Origin: Patescibacteria group bacterium
GTDB lineage: Bacteria > Patescibacteriota > Patescibacteriia > XYB2-FULL-38-15
Length of the DNA: 64,000 nucleotides
NCBI GenBank assembly: GCA_041653675.1
Contig: JBAZEY010000001.1
Span: 98 to 64,097 of the forward strand
Direction: 5' to 3'
Made by a program: the position numbers and the translations under genes. Of this stretch, positions 63,677 to 64,000 are shown piece after piece; position 1 is the stretch's first letter; each line of letters opens with the position of its first letter. Under the pieces are notes generated by a model, which was given only the letters and a program-made list of their open reading frames with translations, was not told where the DNA came from and ran no database searches.

Positions 63677-64000
63677 AATGAAAAAAGTTTTAATTATTTT
63701 AGTAATTGTGATTATTTTTGCCGGAGCCGGTTATTTCGTTTGGCAAAAAATAAAAATTGAATTTAACCAATCTCCCTCACCGTCTGAAATCGTAAAAGAA
63801 GAATCAACCAGCAAGCACCAGTGGCCGCAGTTCCACGGAAGTTATTTTCATACCGGATATGCCAACGTTAAAGGTCCGGAAAAAGCTATTTTGAAGTGGA
63901 AGTTTCAGTTGGGAAAAATGGAAGGCGGCGATCCGAACAGTGTCGCGATTTCTTCCGACGGAACAATTTATGTCGCCGGAGCCTCGGAAATTTTCGCTTT
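63677..64000 (+). CDS. PQQ-like beta-propeller repeat protein (BamB-like), 3'-truncated by window edge
   Basis: N-terminal TM/signal anchor then WPQFHGSYFHTGYA...AISSDGTIYVAG (PQQ-repeat pattern); the ORF runs to the window end. Confidence 0.5.

Overview
This is a 64-kb AT-rich bacterial window of roughly 38-40% GC. The dense plus-strand operons and mostly Shine-Dalgarno-less starts suggest a CPR/Patescibacteria-type genome.

Gene content:
- A family of giant secreted, surface-repeat proteins: one 5'-truncated gene plus four complete paralogs. Their modules resemble invasin-type Ig (Big_1-like), SbsA-type Ig (Big_5-like) and 'DGAAP' modules, and they share a conserved ~125-aa C-terminal domain.
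- A REP-associated tyrosine transposase (RAYT, IS200/IS605-like HUH) flanked by clusters of REP-like hairpins.
- A subtilisin (S8) protease with FG-GAP repeats.
- A cell-surface polysaccharide locus: a UXS-like decarboxylase, GT2/GT4/GT-C glycosyltransferases, and rfbB/fdtA-like/rfbD/rfbA-like genes.
- Scattered peptidoglycan and division genes: murA, mraY, ftsW, murG, murD, a murE-like ligase, ftsE, ftsX and an FtsB-like gene.
- Housekeeping genes: rplI, pyrG, rpmA, an iscU/nfu/iscS-type Fe-S set, NUDIX and HIT hydrolases, and an M50/CBS protease.
- Four tRNAs: Lys-UUU, Thr-CGU, Gly-CCC and Gln-UUG.

Hunt highlights:
- Three compact GC-rich islets (about 52-62% GC) sit in the AT-rich background. 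Their genes carry canonical AGGAGG ribosome-binding sites that host genes lack, and they are bounded by repeated terminator hairpins.
- Islet 1 holds two tandem paralogous ~90-aa proteins of unknown function with a conserved C-terminus C-x-L-M-P-x-V-E-D.
- Islet 2 holds three ORFs, one of which is a truncated PilB/GspE-like ATPase N-domain.
- Islet 3 is a stand-alone GGDEF diguanylate cyclase.
- A ~135-nt structured element occurs twice. Each copy abuts the start codon of the downstream gene, and covarying base pairs close its long stem.
- A ~65-bp hairpin repeat occurs three times.
- tRNA 3'-end direct repeats at tRNA-Lys and tRNA-Gln suggest integration scars.
- tRNA-Gly is embedded in a perfect 15-bp inverted repeat.
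- A protein combines a zinc ribbon, 4 x 123-bp tandem repeats, an HExxH motif and a YD repeat.
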